Positions 48,429 to 57,715 of a DNA stretch of 64,000 nucleotides are shown here, piece by piece; the stretch's first letter is position 1, and each line of letters opens with the position of its first letter. Source of the DNA: Bacteroidales bacterium (GTDB lineage Bacteria > Bacteroidota > Bacteroidia > Bacteroidales > WCHB1-69); the NCBI GenBank assembly GCA_045534635.1, contig JAZSKB010000014.1, forward strand, positions 25,941 through 89,940, in the 5' to 3' direction. The translations under genes were made by a program, and so were the position numbers. The notes under the pieces were generated by a model. The model did not search any database, was not told the origin of the DNA, and saw nothing but the letters and a program-made list of their open reading frames with translations.

Positions 48429-49769
48429 ATGCAAAAAATAAAATTTAAACGTAAAGCCTATAAGCAATTGCAACAATGGAAAAATGAATCCAGTGGCAAA
48501 ACAGCATTATTGGTAGAAGGAGCCCGCCGTATAGGAAAATCAACCTTGGTAGAAGAATTTGCAAAAAAAGAATATAAATCGTATATACTAATAGATTTCG
48601 CCAACGCCCCAAAAGAAATAAACACCTTGATAGAAACTTATATAAACGATTTGGATTATTTCTTTTTGCAATTGCAATTTATCTATAAAGTACAACTGTA
48701 CAAACGCCAATCGTTGATAATCTTCGATGAAGTACAAAAACAACCCTTGGCCCGCCAAGCAATAAAATATTTGGTAAAAGATGGAAGATACGATTATATA
48801 GAAACCGGCTCATTAATCAGTATCCGCAAAAATATAAAAGATATAGTAATCCCCAGCGAAGAAGACCGCATACAAATGTACCCCATGGATTATGAAGAAT
48901 ATCTATGGGCATTGGGAGATACAAGCACTATTCCCCTATTAAAAGAAATCTATCATCGTCAAGAAAAATTAGGAGAAGAAACCCATCGAAGATTGATGCG
49001 AGATTTTCGACTATATATGCTAATAGGCGGAATGCCTCAAGCCGTAGCCGAATACCTATCAACCAACAATCTACAAAAAGTAGATAAAGTTAAACGCCGT
49101 ATTTTAACCCTTTACGCCGATGATTTGCGAAAAATAGATAATAGCGACCGCTTGCGAACACTATTCTGGTCTATCCCCGCAGAACTACACAAAAATATAT
49201 CTCGCTACCAAATGACCACAATAGTAGAAAATACAACCACAGAAAAACGCCAAGAACTATTGGAATCGTTGCGAGAAAGTATGATAGCCAATGTCGCCTA
49301 TCGCTCCAACGACCCCAATGTCGGTCTGCATCTTACCGCAGACAAATCAAAATATAAAATGTATTTAGCCGATACCGGCTTGTTTGTTACTCTCGCATTC
49401 TGGGATAAAGATTTTACAGAAAATATCATTTATCAAAAATTACTTAACGATAAATTGTCTGTAAACCTTGGTTATGTTTATGAAAATGCTATCGCCCAAA
49501 TGATTCGCAGTTCAGGCAATGAATTGTATTATTATAGTTTCACCAATGAAAATAGAAATCAATACGAAATAGATTTCTTGCTCTCTCGCGGAAATAAAAT
49601 CATACCAGTAGAAGTAAAATCTTCAAACTATAAAACACATAAATCATTAGACCTCTTTTGCGAAAAATTTTCTTCTCGTATCAGCGACCGTATTTTGCTT
49701 TACTCTAAAGATTATAAAAAAATTGGAGCCATAAAATGCCTGCCAATGTATTTGGCTTCGTTTTTATAA
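48429..49769 (+). CDS. AAA-family ATPase of the AAA_14/DUF4143 type
   Basis: 446 aa with Walker A GARRIGKST and Walker B LIIFDEVQ. The C-terminal part (YEIDFLLSRGNKIIPVEVKSS) resembles the DUF4143 nuclease-like fold. Confidence 0.8.
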   Translation: MQKIKFKRKAYKQLQQWKNESSGKTALLVEGARRIGKSTLVEEFAKKEYKSYILIDFANAPKEINTLIETYINDLDYFFLQLQFIYKVQLYKRQSLIIFDEVQKQPLARQAIKYLVKDGRYDYIETGSLISIRKNIKDIVIPSEEDRIQMYPMDYEEYLWALGDTSTIPLLKEIYHRQEKLGEETHRRLMRDFRLYMLIGGMPQAVAEYLSTNNLQKVDKVKRRILTLYADDLRKIDNSDRLRTLFWSIPAELHKNISRYQMTTIVENTTTEKRQELLESLRESMIANVAYRSNDPNVGLHLTADKSKYKMYLADTGLFVTLAFWDKDFTENIIYQKLLNDKLSVNLGYVYENAIAQMIRSSGNELYYYSFTNENRNQYEIDFLLSRGNKIIPVEVKSSNYKTHKSLDLFCEKFSSRISDRILLYSKDYKKIGAIKCLPMYLASFL

Positions 49770-49775
49770 TTATAA

Positions 49776-49837
49776 AAATACGCTCAGAGGTATTTTTGAT
49801 AAAAAAGATTTTACGCTCAGAGTATATTTTTTTTTGT
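49776..49837. repeat. 33-bp tandem repeat, 2 copies
   Basis: ACGCT anchors at 49780 and 49813. The cluster starts 7 nt after the ATPase stop codon. Confidence 0.85.
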
Positions 49838-49915
49838 TTTTATTTGTAAATCAGTTTGTTAAAAAAAATAAAAATAAACAACATTTTTTTGTTGTTTTTG
49901 GGCAGTTTTTGTTGT
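49826..49915. repeat. ~90-bp duplicated segment, copy 1
   Basis: The sequence tttttttttgtttttatttgtaaatcagtttgttaaaaaaaataaaaataaacaacatttttttgttgtttttgggcagtttttgttgt recurs at 50059-50148. It contains the hairpin aaacaaca-tttttt-tgttgttt. Confidence 0.85.
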
Positions 49916-49943
49916 CAAAAATAAACATCAATAAGCATAAAAA

Positions 49944-50070
49944 AAATACGCTCAGAGGTATTTTTGATAAAAAAGATTTTACGCTGGGAGGTGTTTTTTG
50001 AAAAAAAGATTTTACGCTGGGAGGTGTTTTTTGAAAAAAAGATTTTACGCTCAGAGTAATTTTTTTTTGT
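49944..50070. repeat. 33-bp tandem repeat, 4 copies
   Basis: ACGCT anchors at 49948, 49981, 50014 and 50047. The two middle units are identical (gattttacgctgggaggtgttttttgaaaaaaa). Confidence 0.9.
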
Positions 50071-50148
50071 TTTTATTTGTAAATCAGTTTGTTAAAAAAA
50101 ATAAAAATAAACAACATTTTTTTGTTGTTTTTGGGCAGTTTTTGTTGT
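50059..50148. repeat. ~90-bp duplicated segment, copy 2
   Basis: Near-identical to 49826-49915. Both copies follow a 33-bp repeat cluster. Confidence 0.85.
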
Positions 50149-50156
50149 AAAAAAAA

Positions 50157-50277
50157 GGCTACTTAGAAAGTAGCCCTAAAAAAATAATAATGTCAAAAAC
50201 AAAAAATATGCTACAATAATAATAACAACATTGTTTATAAAAAAACGTAAAAAAATACAAATTATTGTATCTGTGTA
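50157..50277 (-). repeat. ninth, isolated copy of the box + hairpin unit
   Basis: The hairpin ggctacttagaaagtagcc is at 50157-50175 after an A-run. The box at 50229-50277 is nearly identical to the copy at 48216-48264. It lies directly downstream (minus strand) of the serA terminator. Confidence 0.75.
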
Positions 50278-50285
50278 AAAAAAAA

Positions 50286-50309
50286 TCAGACACCGCAAGC
50301 AGTGTCTGA
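50286..50309 (-). terminator. intrinsic terminator of serA
   Basis: TCAGACAC-TGCTTGCG-GTGTCTGA followed by T10 on the minus strand, 30 nt after the stop codon. Confidence 0.85.
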
Positions 50310-50338
50310 AATATTATTTTAATTAAACTAAAAGCCTA

Positions 50339-51259
50339 TTAAAAAGGATTAACTTGGAATTTTTTGTTGCCATTATTGATAAAATCAACAATTTGATTAG
50401 CGGCAGCAATACCCGCGTTAATATTTGCTTCTTCTGTTTGAGCACCCATTTTTTTAGGAGTAGCGAAGAAACGACCTTCAAATTTATTAAACTCTTCAAT
50501 ATTGTCAGGAGCAATATCTGAAATGTATTTCAAATCAGTTCTTTCGTTCATCAATTTGATTAATTCCTCTTCGTTGATAACTTCTTTACGAGCAGTATTA
50601 ACAACGATACCACCTTTTTTCAATTTGTTAACAAGTTGATAATCAATGCTTTTTTTGGTTTCAGCGGTAGCAGGAATATGTAAAGAAACGATGTCACAAA
50701 TTTCAAACAATTGTTCTTTAGAGTCAACAGGAGTAACGCCTTCTGCTTTGATGGCATCAGCCGAACAAAAAGCATCGTAAGCGTAAATATCCATACCAAA
50801 GCCTTTAGCAATACGAGCAACATTTTTACCAACATTACCAAAAGCCAAAAGCCCAATTTTTTTGCCCATCAATTCAGAACCAGATTTACCATTGAAGAAA
50901 TTTCTAACACCATAAACCAACATACCCATTACCAATTCAGCAACAGCGTTAGAGTTTTGTCCTGGAGTATTCATAGCAACAATGCCTTTTGCCGTACAAG
51001 CGTCAAGGTCTAAATTGTCAAAACCAGCACCTGCTCTAACAACAATTTTTAAATTGTTAGCATGTTCAATAACTTCTTTTGTAACTTTATCAGAACGAAC
51101 GATTAAAGCATCAGCATCAGCAACGGCTTTGTATAAATCGTTAACGTCAGTATATTTTTCAAGTAATGCTAATTCAAAACCAGCATTTTCAACAACATTT
51201 CTAATACCGTCAACGGCAACTTTAGCAAAAGGTTTTTCAGTGGCAACTAAAACTTTCAT
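50339..51259 (-). CDS. serA: D-3-phosphoglycerate dehydrogenase (short form)
   Basis: 306 aa D-isomer 2-hydroxyacid dehydrogenase with an NAD fold (IGLLAFGNVGKNVA). It lies downstream of serC. Confidence 0.85.
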   Translation of the reverse strand: MKVLVATEKPFAKVAVDGIRNVVENAGFELALLEKYTDVNDLYKAVADADALIVRSDKVTKEVIEHANNLKIVVRAGAGFDNLDLDACTAKGIVAMNTPGQNSNAVAELVMGMLVYGVRNFFNGKSGSELMGKKIGLLAFGNVGKNVARIAKGFGMDIYAYDAFCSADAIKAEGVTPVDSKEQLFEICDIVSLHIPATAETKKSIDYQLVNKLKKGGIVVNTARKEVINEEELIKLMNERTDLKYISDIAPDNIEEFNKFEGRFFATPKKMGAQTEEANINAGIAAANQIVDFINNGNKKFQVNPF

Positions 51260-51276
51260 ATATATAAAATTTAAAA

Positions 51277-51304
51277 GACATTGTAGCCTTACGGCTACAA
51301 TGTC
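51277..51304 (-). terminator. strong hairpin between serC and serA (partial terminator or processing site)
   Basis: gacattgtagcc-ttac-ggctacaatgtc is a 12-bp perfect stem followed by TTTTAAATTTT on the minus strand. Confidence 0.6.
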
Positions 51305-51316
51305 GAGTTATTAGTA

Positions 51317-52420
51317 TTATTTATTTAATTTTTCAAAACTTTGCATACAATCAACCAATGCTTCAACATCTTCCAAAGAACAAGAGTTGTACAAAGATGC
51401 TCTAAAACCACCAACAGAACGGTGTCCTTTGATACCTACCATACCTCTTTCTTTAGCAAAAGCCATAAAAGCATCTTGTTTGTCTTCATATCCTGGAGCC
51501 ATTACCCAGCAATGATTCATAATAGAACGGTCTTCTTTGTCAGCAACAGTACCAACAAACATCGCATTTCTATCGATTTCATCGTACAACAAGTTAGATT
51601 TCTTAATATTGATTTTGTTCATTTGTTCAACACCACCAATGGTATCTTTTACCCATTTCAAAGTTTCGTGCATAACGAAAATAGGCAATACAGGAGGAGT
51701 ATTAAACATAGAAATATTTTTTGCTTCTTCTACAGCGTGAGTACGATAGTCAACCATAGTAGGAAGCGGATTCATGTATTGACGGTCGGTAATTTTACCA
51801 AGAATGTCTTTGCGAACAATTACAAAAGTAACACCAGCAGGACCAACATTTTTTTGAGCACCACCGTAAATCAAACCATATTTTTTAACATCAACAGGAC
51901 GACTCATAATGTCAGAAGACATATCAGCCACCAACAAAACAGGAGAATCCATATCGTATTTGATTTCAGTACCATAAATGGTATTGTTTGTAGTAATATG
52001 GAAATAATCAGCATCCGTAGGAATAGTATATCCCTTAGGAATATAATTGTAAGTTTTATCTTCAGAAGAAGCAACGATTTCAACATTACCAAACAATTTT
52101 GCTTCTTTTGCTGCTTTTTTAGCCCAAACACCAGTTTGTAAATAAGCGGCTTTTTTGTTTAAAAGGTTTGCAGGAACAGCAAAAAATTGAGTGCTTGCCC
52201 CACCACCTAAAAACAAAACTTCGTATTCAGCAGGAATATTGAGAAGGTCTCTCCACAATTGACGAGTTTCTTCCATGATACGTTCCCAACCCGGAGTACG
52301 GTGAGAAATTTCCATTAATCCAATACCTGTGTTGTCAAAATTGCGAATAGCATTGATTGTTGATTCAACGGCTTCTTTTGGAAGGACACATGGTCCTGCA
52401 TTAAAATTATGTGCTTTCAT
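51317..52420 (-). CDS. serC: 3-phosphoserine aminotransferase
   Basis: 367 aa with the HNFNAGP start motif, [11 protein letters not shown] (PLP lysine) and GGFRASLYN. Confidence 0.95.
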   Translation of the reverse strand: MKAHNFNAGPCVLPKEAVESTINAIRNFDNTGIGLMEISHRTPGWERIMEETRQLWRDLLNIPAEYEVLFLGGGASTQFFAVPANLLNKKAAYLQTGVWAKKAAKEAKLFGNVEIVASSEDKTYNYIPKGYTIPTDADYFHITTNNTIYGTEIKYDMDSPVLLVADMSSDIMSRPVDVKKYGLIYGGAQKNVGPAGVTFVIVRKDILGKITDRQYMNPLPTMVDYRTHAVEEAKNISMFNTPPVLPIFVMHETLKWVKDTIGGVEQMNKINIKKSNLLYDEIDRNAMFVGTVADKEDRSIMNHCWVMAPGYEDKQDAFMAFAKERGMVGIKGHRSVGGFRASLYNSCSLEDVEALVDCMQSFEKLNK

Positions 52421-52503
52421 ACTTTATTTTAATTATATATTTATTATTATTAAATTCTATTATAGATAGTTATAAAAAATTAAAGAACATTATTTTACTT
52501 TTA

Positions 52504-52511
52504 CAAAGGTA
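52504..52511 (-). promoter_or_regulatory. -7 box TACCTTTG (serC-serA)
   Basis: TACCTTTGTAAA on the minus strand, 83 nt before the ATG at 52420. Confidence 0.6.
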
Positions 52512-52594
52512 GTAAAAAAAATATCAAAAATCGATAAAAAATCATCTTTTTTTATAATTTTTGTTTTTCTTGCAAAACAATAGAAATTAAAGCG

Positions 52595-54610
52595 TTATTG
52601 TTTTGTGATAACAAATACAGTTCTACGATTGAGAGCCCTACCCTCTTCTGTTTTATTGTCGGCAATCGGGTTCTTATCGGCATAACCTTTGAAAGATAAT
52701 CTGTTGCTATCAATAAAATTTTCAATTAAATAATCATAAACCGCTTTAGCACGATTGTTCGATAAAGTAAGATTATCTTCGTATTTACCAATATTGTCTG
52801 TATGCCCTTGTATCTCAATATGAATATTAGGATTGTCGTTGAGAAAATCAATAAGCACATCTAAAACAATCTCTGAAGTATTTGTAAGTTCCCAAGAATT
52901 GGTAGCAAAGTATATATCATTGATTTTGTAAGCATTACCTTGTTCTATTTCTTTCATGGTAAAATCAACATCATTTAAAATAGGTTGCCCTTCGCTCAAA
53001 ATAGCAAAAGCATCAATATATCTTGCTTCGTAATTGTAATTGTTTTGTTTTACAGTAATCAAATAATTGCCGTTGATGTCGTTGACAATAGCCGCATATT
53101 TACCATTTTCTTGATTAACCCTAATTTCAGTGATTTGTTTTGTAGAAATATTTTTAAGTTCTACTTTAGCCGTAGAACCATCGTCATTTGTTTCTAAATT
53201 ATTGATAGTTCCTTTAATAAGTAAAACTTTTTGTGGTCTTGCTTCTTCGTATAAATCAAATTGACAAATATCAAAATTTCCCGTAATGGTATTGGTACCA
53301 AAAAATGCTTTATCACCAGAAGTATTGACAAAAAATCCAACTTCATCGGCTTCAGAATTAATAGGGTGACCAATATTTTGCGGTTTTTGCCATGTGCCTT
53401 TATCCGAAAGTCGAGAATAATAAATATCATAACCACCTAACCCTTTTAAACCATTGGAAGAAAAATACAAAGTTCGTCCATCACTATGTAAAAAAGGTGC
53501 TTTTTCGTTGCCTTCGGTATTGATAACTGCTCCTGCATTGACCGCTTTTTGCCAATTGCCATTGGCATCGCGTAAAGAATAGTAAATGTCAATATCTCCG
53601 TCACCATGTCCTCCAGGACGATTGCTGGCAAAAAATAATATTTTCCCATCAGGGCTAATGCTTGCTTGTGCTTCCCAAGAGTCAGGTTGATTGATAGCAG
53701 GACCTAAATTTTTTATAGTAGTCCATTCTCCATTGATATATTCGGTGTAATATAAATCGCAATTGTAATAAGTGGCCCCGGAACCTTCCACAGGAACATT
53801 GGCACAACGCGTTAATACCATATAAGCATTATCTAATGTAATGGTAGGACTTCCTTCGTTGGTCGTCATATTGAAAGGAGGTGTCGGCATAGGCTCTCCA
53901 ACAGAAAAAGAACCATCGCTTTGTCGTTGACTAACAGAAAATATTTCGTCAATACTTGTTTTTTGTTGTCCATAAACATTTTTTGAGGTAATTTGTCTTC
54001 TGGTAAAAAACATTAACTCTTCATCAGGAGAAATTCTTGCTAAATATTCGTCATCTTTGGTAGATATGCCCGGAATTGGTTTTGGGTCGTAAGCAACAGG
54101 GTTACCATAAATTTTTTCGTATTCTATAGCAAAAGTAAGAAAATAATCGGCTTCTTCGTGCAAACGAGAAGGAATACGGTCAGGGTCCTCAATATATTTT
54201 TCTAAATATTGAATCGTTTTATCGTATTTTCCAATGTTGAAATTGAGTTTTCCTAAATGTAGATAAGCCTCTAATTTAAAGTCAGGACAAAGTTCAATCG
54301 TTTTTTCAAAATAATCAATAGCCCGTAAAGTGATAGCCTCAGAATTACCCTCACCACGTTCCAGTTGTCGAATAGCCTGCAAACCTAAAGAATAATAAGG
54401 TTCTGCCCAATCTTCTTGTTCGGCAATAATTTCTTTATACAAAGCCGTTGCTTTGTTTCTATCTCCTTTATTTTGTGCCGTTTTTGCTTGTTGATACAAT
54501 TTTAATGCTTTTTTGCTCAATTCTATTTCGCAAGGATAGTCTTTTTGTGCCATTGAAGTTGATAAACTCAATGTAAAGCATAACCAAAAAACAATTTTTC
54601 GTGTATTCAT
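52595..54610 (-). CDS. OmpA-family protein with TPR and TolB-like beta-propeller repeats
   Basis: 671 aa with a signal peptide and TPR-like N-terminus. It has PD40/WD40-like repeats (ISPDGKILFFASNRPGGHG) and an OmpA C-terminal domain (IEIQGHTDNIG..NNRAKAV..NRRTVFVI). Confidence 0.85.
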   Translation of the reverse strand: MNTRKIVFWLCFTLSLSTSMAQKDYPCEIELSKKALKLYQQAKTAQNKGDRNKATALYKEIIAEQEDWAEPYYSLGLQAIRQLERGEGNSEAITLRAIDYFEKTIELCPDFKLEAYLHLGKLNFNIGKYDKTIQYLEKYIEDPDRIPSRLHEEADYFLTFAIEYEKIYGNPVAYDPKPIPGISTKDDEYLARISPDEELMFFTRRQITSKNVYGQQKTSIDEIFSVSQRQSDGSFSVGEPMPTPPFNMTTNEGSPTITLDNAYMVLTRCANVPVEGSGATYYNCDLYYTEYINGEWTTIKNLGPAINQPDSWEAQASISPDGKILFFASNRPGGHGDGDIDIYYSLRDANGNWQKAVNAGAVINTEGNEKAPFLHSDGRTLYFSSNGLKGLGGYDIYYSRLSDKGTWQKPQNIGHPINSEADEVGFFVNTSGDKAFFGTNTITGNFDICQFDLYEEARPQKVLLIKGTINNLETNDDGSTAKVELKNISTKQITEIRVNQENGKYAAIVNDINGNYLITVKQNNYNYEARYIDAFAILSEGQPILNDVDFTMKEIEQGNAYKINDIYFATNSWELTNTSEIVLDVLIDFLNDNPNIHIEIQGHTDNIGKYEDNLTLSNNRAKAVYDYLIENFIDSNRLSFKGYADKNPIADNKTEEGRALNRRTVFVITKQ

Positions 54611-54633
54611 ATTACAACAAATATAAATTCAAA

Positions 54634-55056
54634 CTAATTGTAAACACGTAATGTAATATCGTTGATAAGGCTTGCATTGTAAATTCTAAGCGGTCGATTG
54701 CTAAGCCCATCAATAGGATAACCATTAAGAATATTGAAAGTTGACCCACATTTATAATCAATTAAAGTAAATTTGTCAATACTATCAACTTCAACACGTC
54801 CGCCTTCTTGCCAATCAAAAGGACATGCTCTATCGTAAGCATAAAAAGTATTCATATCCAATCGGTAAATGATAATTCCAGAAATACCTCCACTAAAATA
54901 TTCATAACCACCGATATGTATTAGATTGTTGGTGTGAATATTAACATTGAAATCTACTTTTGTATAAGGAATAGGCGTATCTTCTTCGCATGATGTGAAA
55001 CATACAGCAAACAACGCAATAGTGATAGCCAAAATCCAAGGTTTTACTATTTTCAT
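54634..55056 (-). CDS. small lipoprotein, unknown function
   Basis: The track ORF extends to 55080, over TATCTTTG boxes at 55078-55085 and 55060-55067. The ATG at 55056 gives MKIVKPWILAITIALFAVCFTSC with a lipobox cysteine. Confidence 0.6.
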   Translation of the reverse strand: MKIVKPWILAITIALFAVCFTSCEEDTPIPYTKVDFNVNIHTNNLIHIGGYEYFSGGISGIIIYRLDMNTFYAYDRACPFDWQEGGRVEVDSIDKFTLIDYKCGSTFNILNGYPIDGLSNRPLRIYNASLINDITLRVYN

Positions 55057-55077
55057 ATTCAAAGATACTTTTTTTTG

Positions 55078-55085
55078 CAAAGATA
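55078..55085 (-). promoter_or_regulatory. -7 box TATCTTTG (lipoprotein-OmpA genes)
   Basis: TATCTTTGCAAAA on the minus strand, 21 nt before the ATG at 55056. A second TATCTTTG lies at 55060-55067. Confidence 0.65.
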
Positions 55086-55133
55086 GTAATTTTTTTTTAA
55101 ATCAGATACATATTTTTATTATAAAGAAAATGT

Positions 55134-55141
55134 TATCTTTG
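55134..55141 (+). promoter_or_regulatory. -7 box TATCTTTG (DUF4293-uvrB)
   Basis: TATCTTTGCAAAA, 35 nt before the ATG at 55177. Confidence 0.7.
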
Positions 55142-55176
55142 CAAAATTAAAAAATATAACAACAAAAAAATTAATT

Positions 55177-55644
55177 ATGATACAACGTCTTCAAACTTTG
55201 TTATTGTTAATAGCCGCAATATGTTTTGCGACAGCATGTTTTATGCCATTAGGAACTATTACCACATTCGATATGCAATATTTGTTTACTCCTTGGACAA
55301 TCAAATTAAATATCGCAGATGGTCAAATCATTCGTTATACATATTATATAGGCATTATGCAAGTGGTTTTGGCAATATGGTCTTTGATAACAATATTTAT
55401 GTATAAAAAACGTCCATTACAATCAAAAATGTGTCTTGCAATGTTATTTTTAAATTTGATATTGATATTGTTAGTCTGTTGGATTTATCCTGACGTAATT
55501 ATCAAAAAAACATTTACAGGATTTGAAACAAGTATGTCGTTATGGTCATTGTTGTCAGTGATACCAATAGCAATGTTTTATTTCTCAAATAAACTTATCA
55601 ATAATGATGAGAAAAAAGTTCGTGCAGCAGATAGATTGCGATAA
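55177..55644 (+). CDS. DUF4293-like integral membrane protein
   Basis: 155 aa with four predicted TM helices and an MIQRLQTLLLLIAAICF start typical of the DUF4293 family. Confidence 0.65.
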   Translation: MIQRLQTLLLLIAAICFATACFMPLGTITTFDMQYLFTPWTIKLNIADGQIIRYTYYIGIMQVVLAIWSLITIFMYKKRPLQSKMCLAMLFLNLILILLVCWIYPDVIIKKTFTGFETSMSLWSLLSVIPIAMFYFSNKLINNDEKKVRAADRLR

Positions 55645-55646
55645 TC

Positions 55647-57671
55647 ATGAAATTTAAATTGCAAGCTCCATTCCCACCAGCAGGCGACCAACCTGAAGCC
55701 ATTCAATTGTTGGTAAATGGGTTAAATAAAGGCGATTTACATCAAACATTGTTAGGTGTAACCGGTTCAGGAAAAACATTTACCATTGCCAATGTTATCA
55801 ATCAAATCAATCGCCCTGTTTTGGTATTGAGTCACAATAAAACACTTGCCGCTCAATTGTATGGAGAATTTAAAGATTTTTTCCCAGAAAATGCTGTAGA
55901 ATATTTTGTATCTTATTACGATTATTATCAACCAGAAGCCTATTTGCCAACAACAAATACTTATATAGAAAAAGATTTATCTATCAATGAAGAATTGGAT
56001 AAATTGCGACTAAAAGCAACTTCTGCATTACTATCAGGACGCAGAGATGTAATTGTAGTTTCTTCAGTATCATGTATTTATGGCATAGGCAATCCTGATG
56101 AATTTGCAAGTAATACACAAAATTTAAAAGTAAATCAATCAATAGTACGAAATAAACTATTGCGAAATTTAGTCAATGCTCTCTATTCAAGAACAGAAGT
56201 CAATTTGGAACGTGGCAAATTTCGAGTTCAAGGAGATACATTGGATATTTTTCCAGCATACGGCGATTGGGCATATAGATTGATGTTTTGGGGTGATACC
56301 ATAGAAGAAATTGCTGTATTAGACCCTTCAAACAACGCTATTATAGAAAAAATAAATGAATTAACTATCTATCCAGCAAATATTTTTGTAACATCTCAAG
56401 CAGGAATCAATCAGGCAGTTCACGAAATTCAAGTTGACCTTAAAGAAAGAGTAGAATATTTTAAAGAAATAGGCAAACATTTAGAAGCTAAACGATTAGA
56501 AGAGCGTGTGGTGTACGATGTTGAAATGATAAAAGAATTGGGCTATTGTTCAGGAATAGAAAATTATTCTCGATATTTTGACCGCCGACCGCCCAATAGT
56601 CGTCCATTCTGTCTTTTGGATTATTTCCCCGAAGATTTTGTTACTATAATAGATGAAAGTCATGTTACAATACCACAAATAGGAGCAATGTACGGAGGAG
56701 ACCATTATCGCAAAACCAATCTTATAGAATATGGCTTTCGTTTACCATCGGCTTGGGATAATCGTCCACTGAAATTTGAAGAATTTCAAAAATTGACAGG
56801 TCAAACTATTTATATATCAGCCACTCCCGCCGATTATGAATTGGAAAAATCGCATGGAGTTGTTGTAGAACAAGTTGTTCGTCCAACAGGTTTGCTCGAC
56901 CCATTGATAGAAGTGCGACCTTGTGTCAATCAAGTTGATGATTTATTGGAAGAAATAGATAAAATAGTTTCTAAAGGTGAGCGTGTTTTGGTAACAACAC
57001 TTACTAAACGAATGGCAGAAGAATTGACAAAATATCTTATTCGCTTAGATATTCGCACACAATATATTCATTCAGAAGTAGATACAATGGAAAGAGTGGA
57101 AATATTACAGCAATTGCGAGATGGAGTAATAGATGTTTTGGTCGGGGTAAATTTGTTGCGAGAAGGTTTGGATTTGCCAGAAGTTTCTTTGGTTGCAATA
57201 TTAGATGCCGATAAAGAAGGGTTCCTGCGTTCAGAGCGTTCATTGACACAAACCGCAGGTCGAGCGGCTCGCAATGCAAACGGACGAGTGATATTTTATG
57301 CTGATAAAATCACCAAATCAATGCAAGCAACAATGGAAACGACAGAAAAAAGACGTGCCAAACAAATAAAATACAATGAAGAACACAATATAGTGCCAAA
57401 AACAATTCAAAGAAATAGAAATGTATCTGTTTTTGCTAATGAAATAGAAAATAAAATATTGGATTCTGAAAAACAATTGTCTCTAACAAAACCTTCAAAA
57501 CCAGAAAAAGAAATACATTTGATATTAGATGCTAAAGAATTAGATAAACTGATACGTTCAAAACACAAAGCAATGAACAATGCTGTTAAAGAATTGGATT
57601 TTATTTTGGCAGCACAATTGCGAGATGAAATAGAACAATTAAAAAAACAAGGAGATAACATTAGAAAATAA
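55647..57671 (+). CDS. uvrB: excinuclease ABC subunit B
   Basis: 674 aa with Walker A GVTGSGKT, YYDYYQPEAY, helicase motifs and a C-terminal UVR domain (AAQLRDEIEQLK). Confidence 0.97.
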   Translation: MKFKLQAPFPPAGDQPEAIQLLVNGLNKGDLHQTLLGVTGSGKTFTIANVINQINRPVLVLSHNKTLAAQLYGEFKDFFPENAVEYFVSYYDYYQPEAYLPTTNTYIEKDLSINEELDKLRLKATSALLSGRRDVIVVSSVSCIYGIGNPDEFASNTQNLKVNQSIVRNKLLRNLVNALYSRTEVNLERGKFRVQGDTLDIFPAYGDWAYRLMFWGDTIEEIAVLDPSNNAIIEKINELTIYPANIFVTSQAGINQAVHEIQVDLKERVEYFKEIGKHLEAKRLEERVVYDVEMIKELGYCSGIENYSRYFDRRPPNSRPFCLLDYFPEDFVTIIDESHVTIPQIGAMYGGDHYRKTNLIEYGFRLPSAWDNRPLKFEEFQKLTGQTIYISATPADYELEKSHGVVVEQVVRPTGLLDPLIEVRPCVNQVDDLLEEIDKIVSKGERVLVTTLTKRMAEELTKYLIRLDIRTQYIHSEVDTMERVEILQQLRDGVIDVLVGVNLLREGLDLPEVSLVAILDADKEGFLRSERSLTQTAGRAARNANGRVIFYADKITKSMQATMETTEKRRAKQIKYNEEHNIVPKTIQRNRNVSVFANEIENKILDSEKQLSLTKPSKPEKEIHLILDAKELDKLIRSKHKAMNNAVKELDFILAAQLRDEIEQLKKQGDNIRK

Positions 57672-57715
57672 TGTTATCTCTCTCATTATTATGAAAAAAA
57701 AGAATCTTTTACAAA

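Noticed and set aside
48067-48476. ORF-track ORFs 48067-48282 and 48249-48476 (minus, 71 and 75 aa)
   Set aside because: They run through the tandem array and the 33-bp repeats. They are low-complexity (F/I/L/K-rich) and cross terminator hairpins and the ATPase promoter, so they are almost certainly non-coding.
51341-52141. 266-aa plus-strand ORF antisense to serC
   Set aside because: It lies entirely inside the well-supported serC gene and its product is compositionally odd (N/F/I/R-rich). It is a typical shadow ORF of an AT-rich gene. The same reasoning applies to 50711-51314 (antisense to serA).
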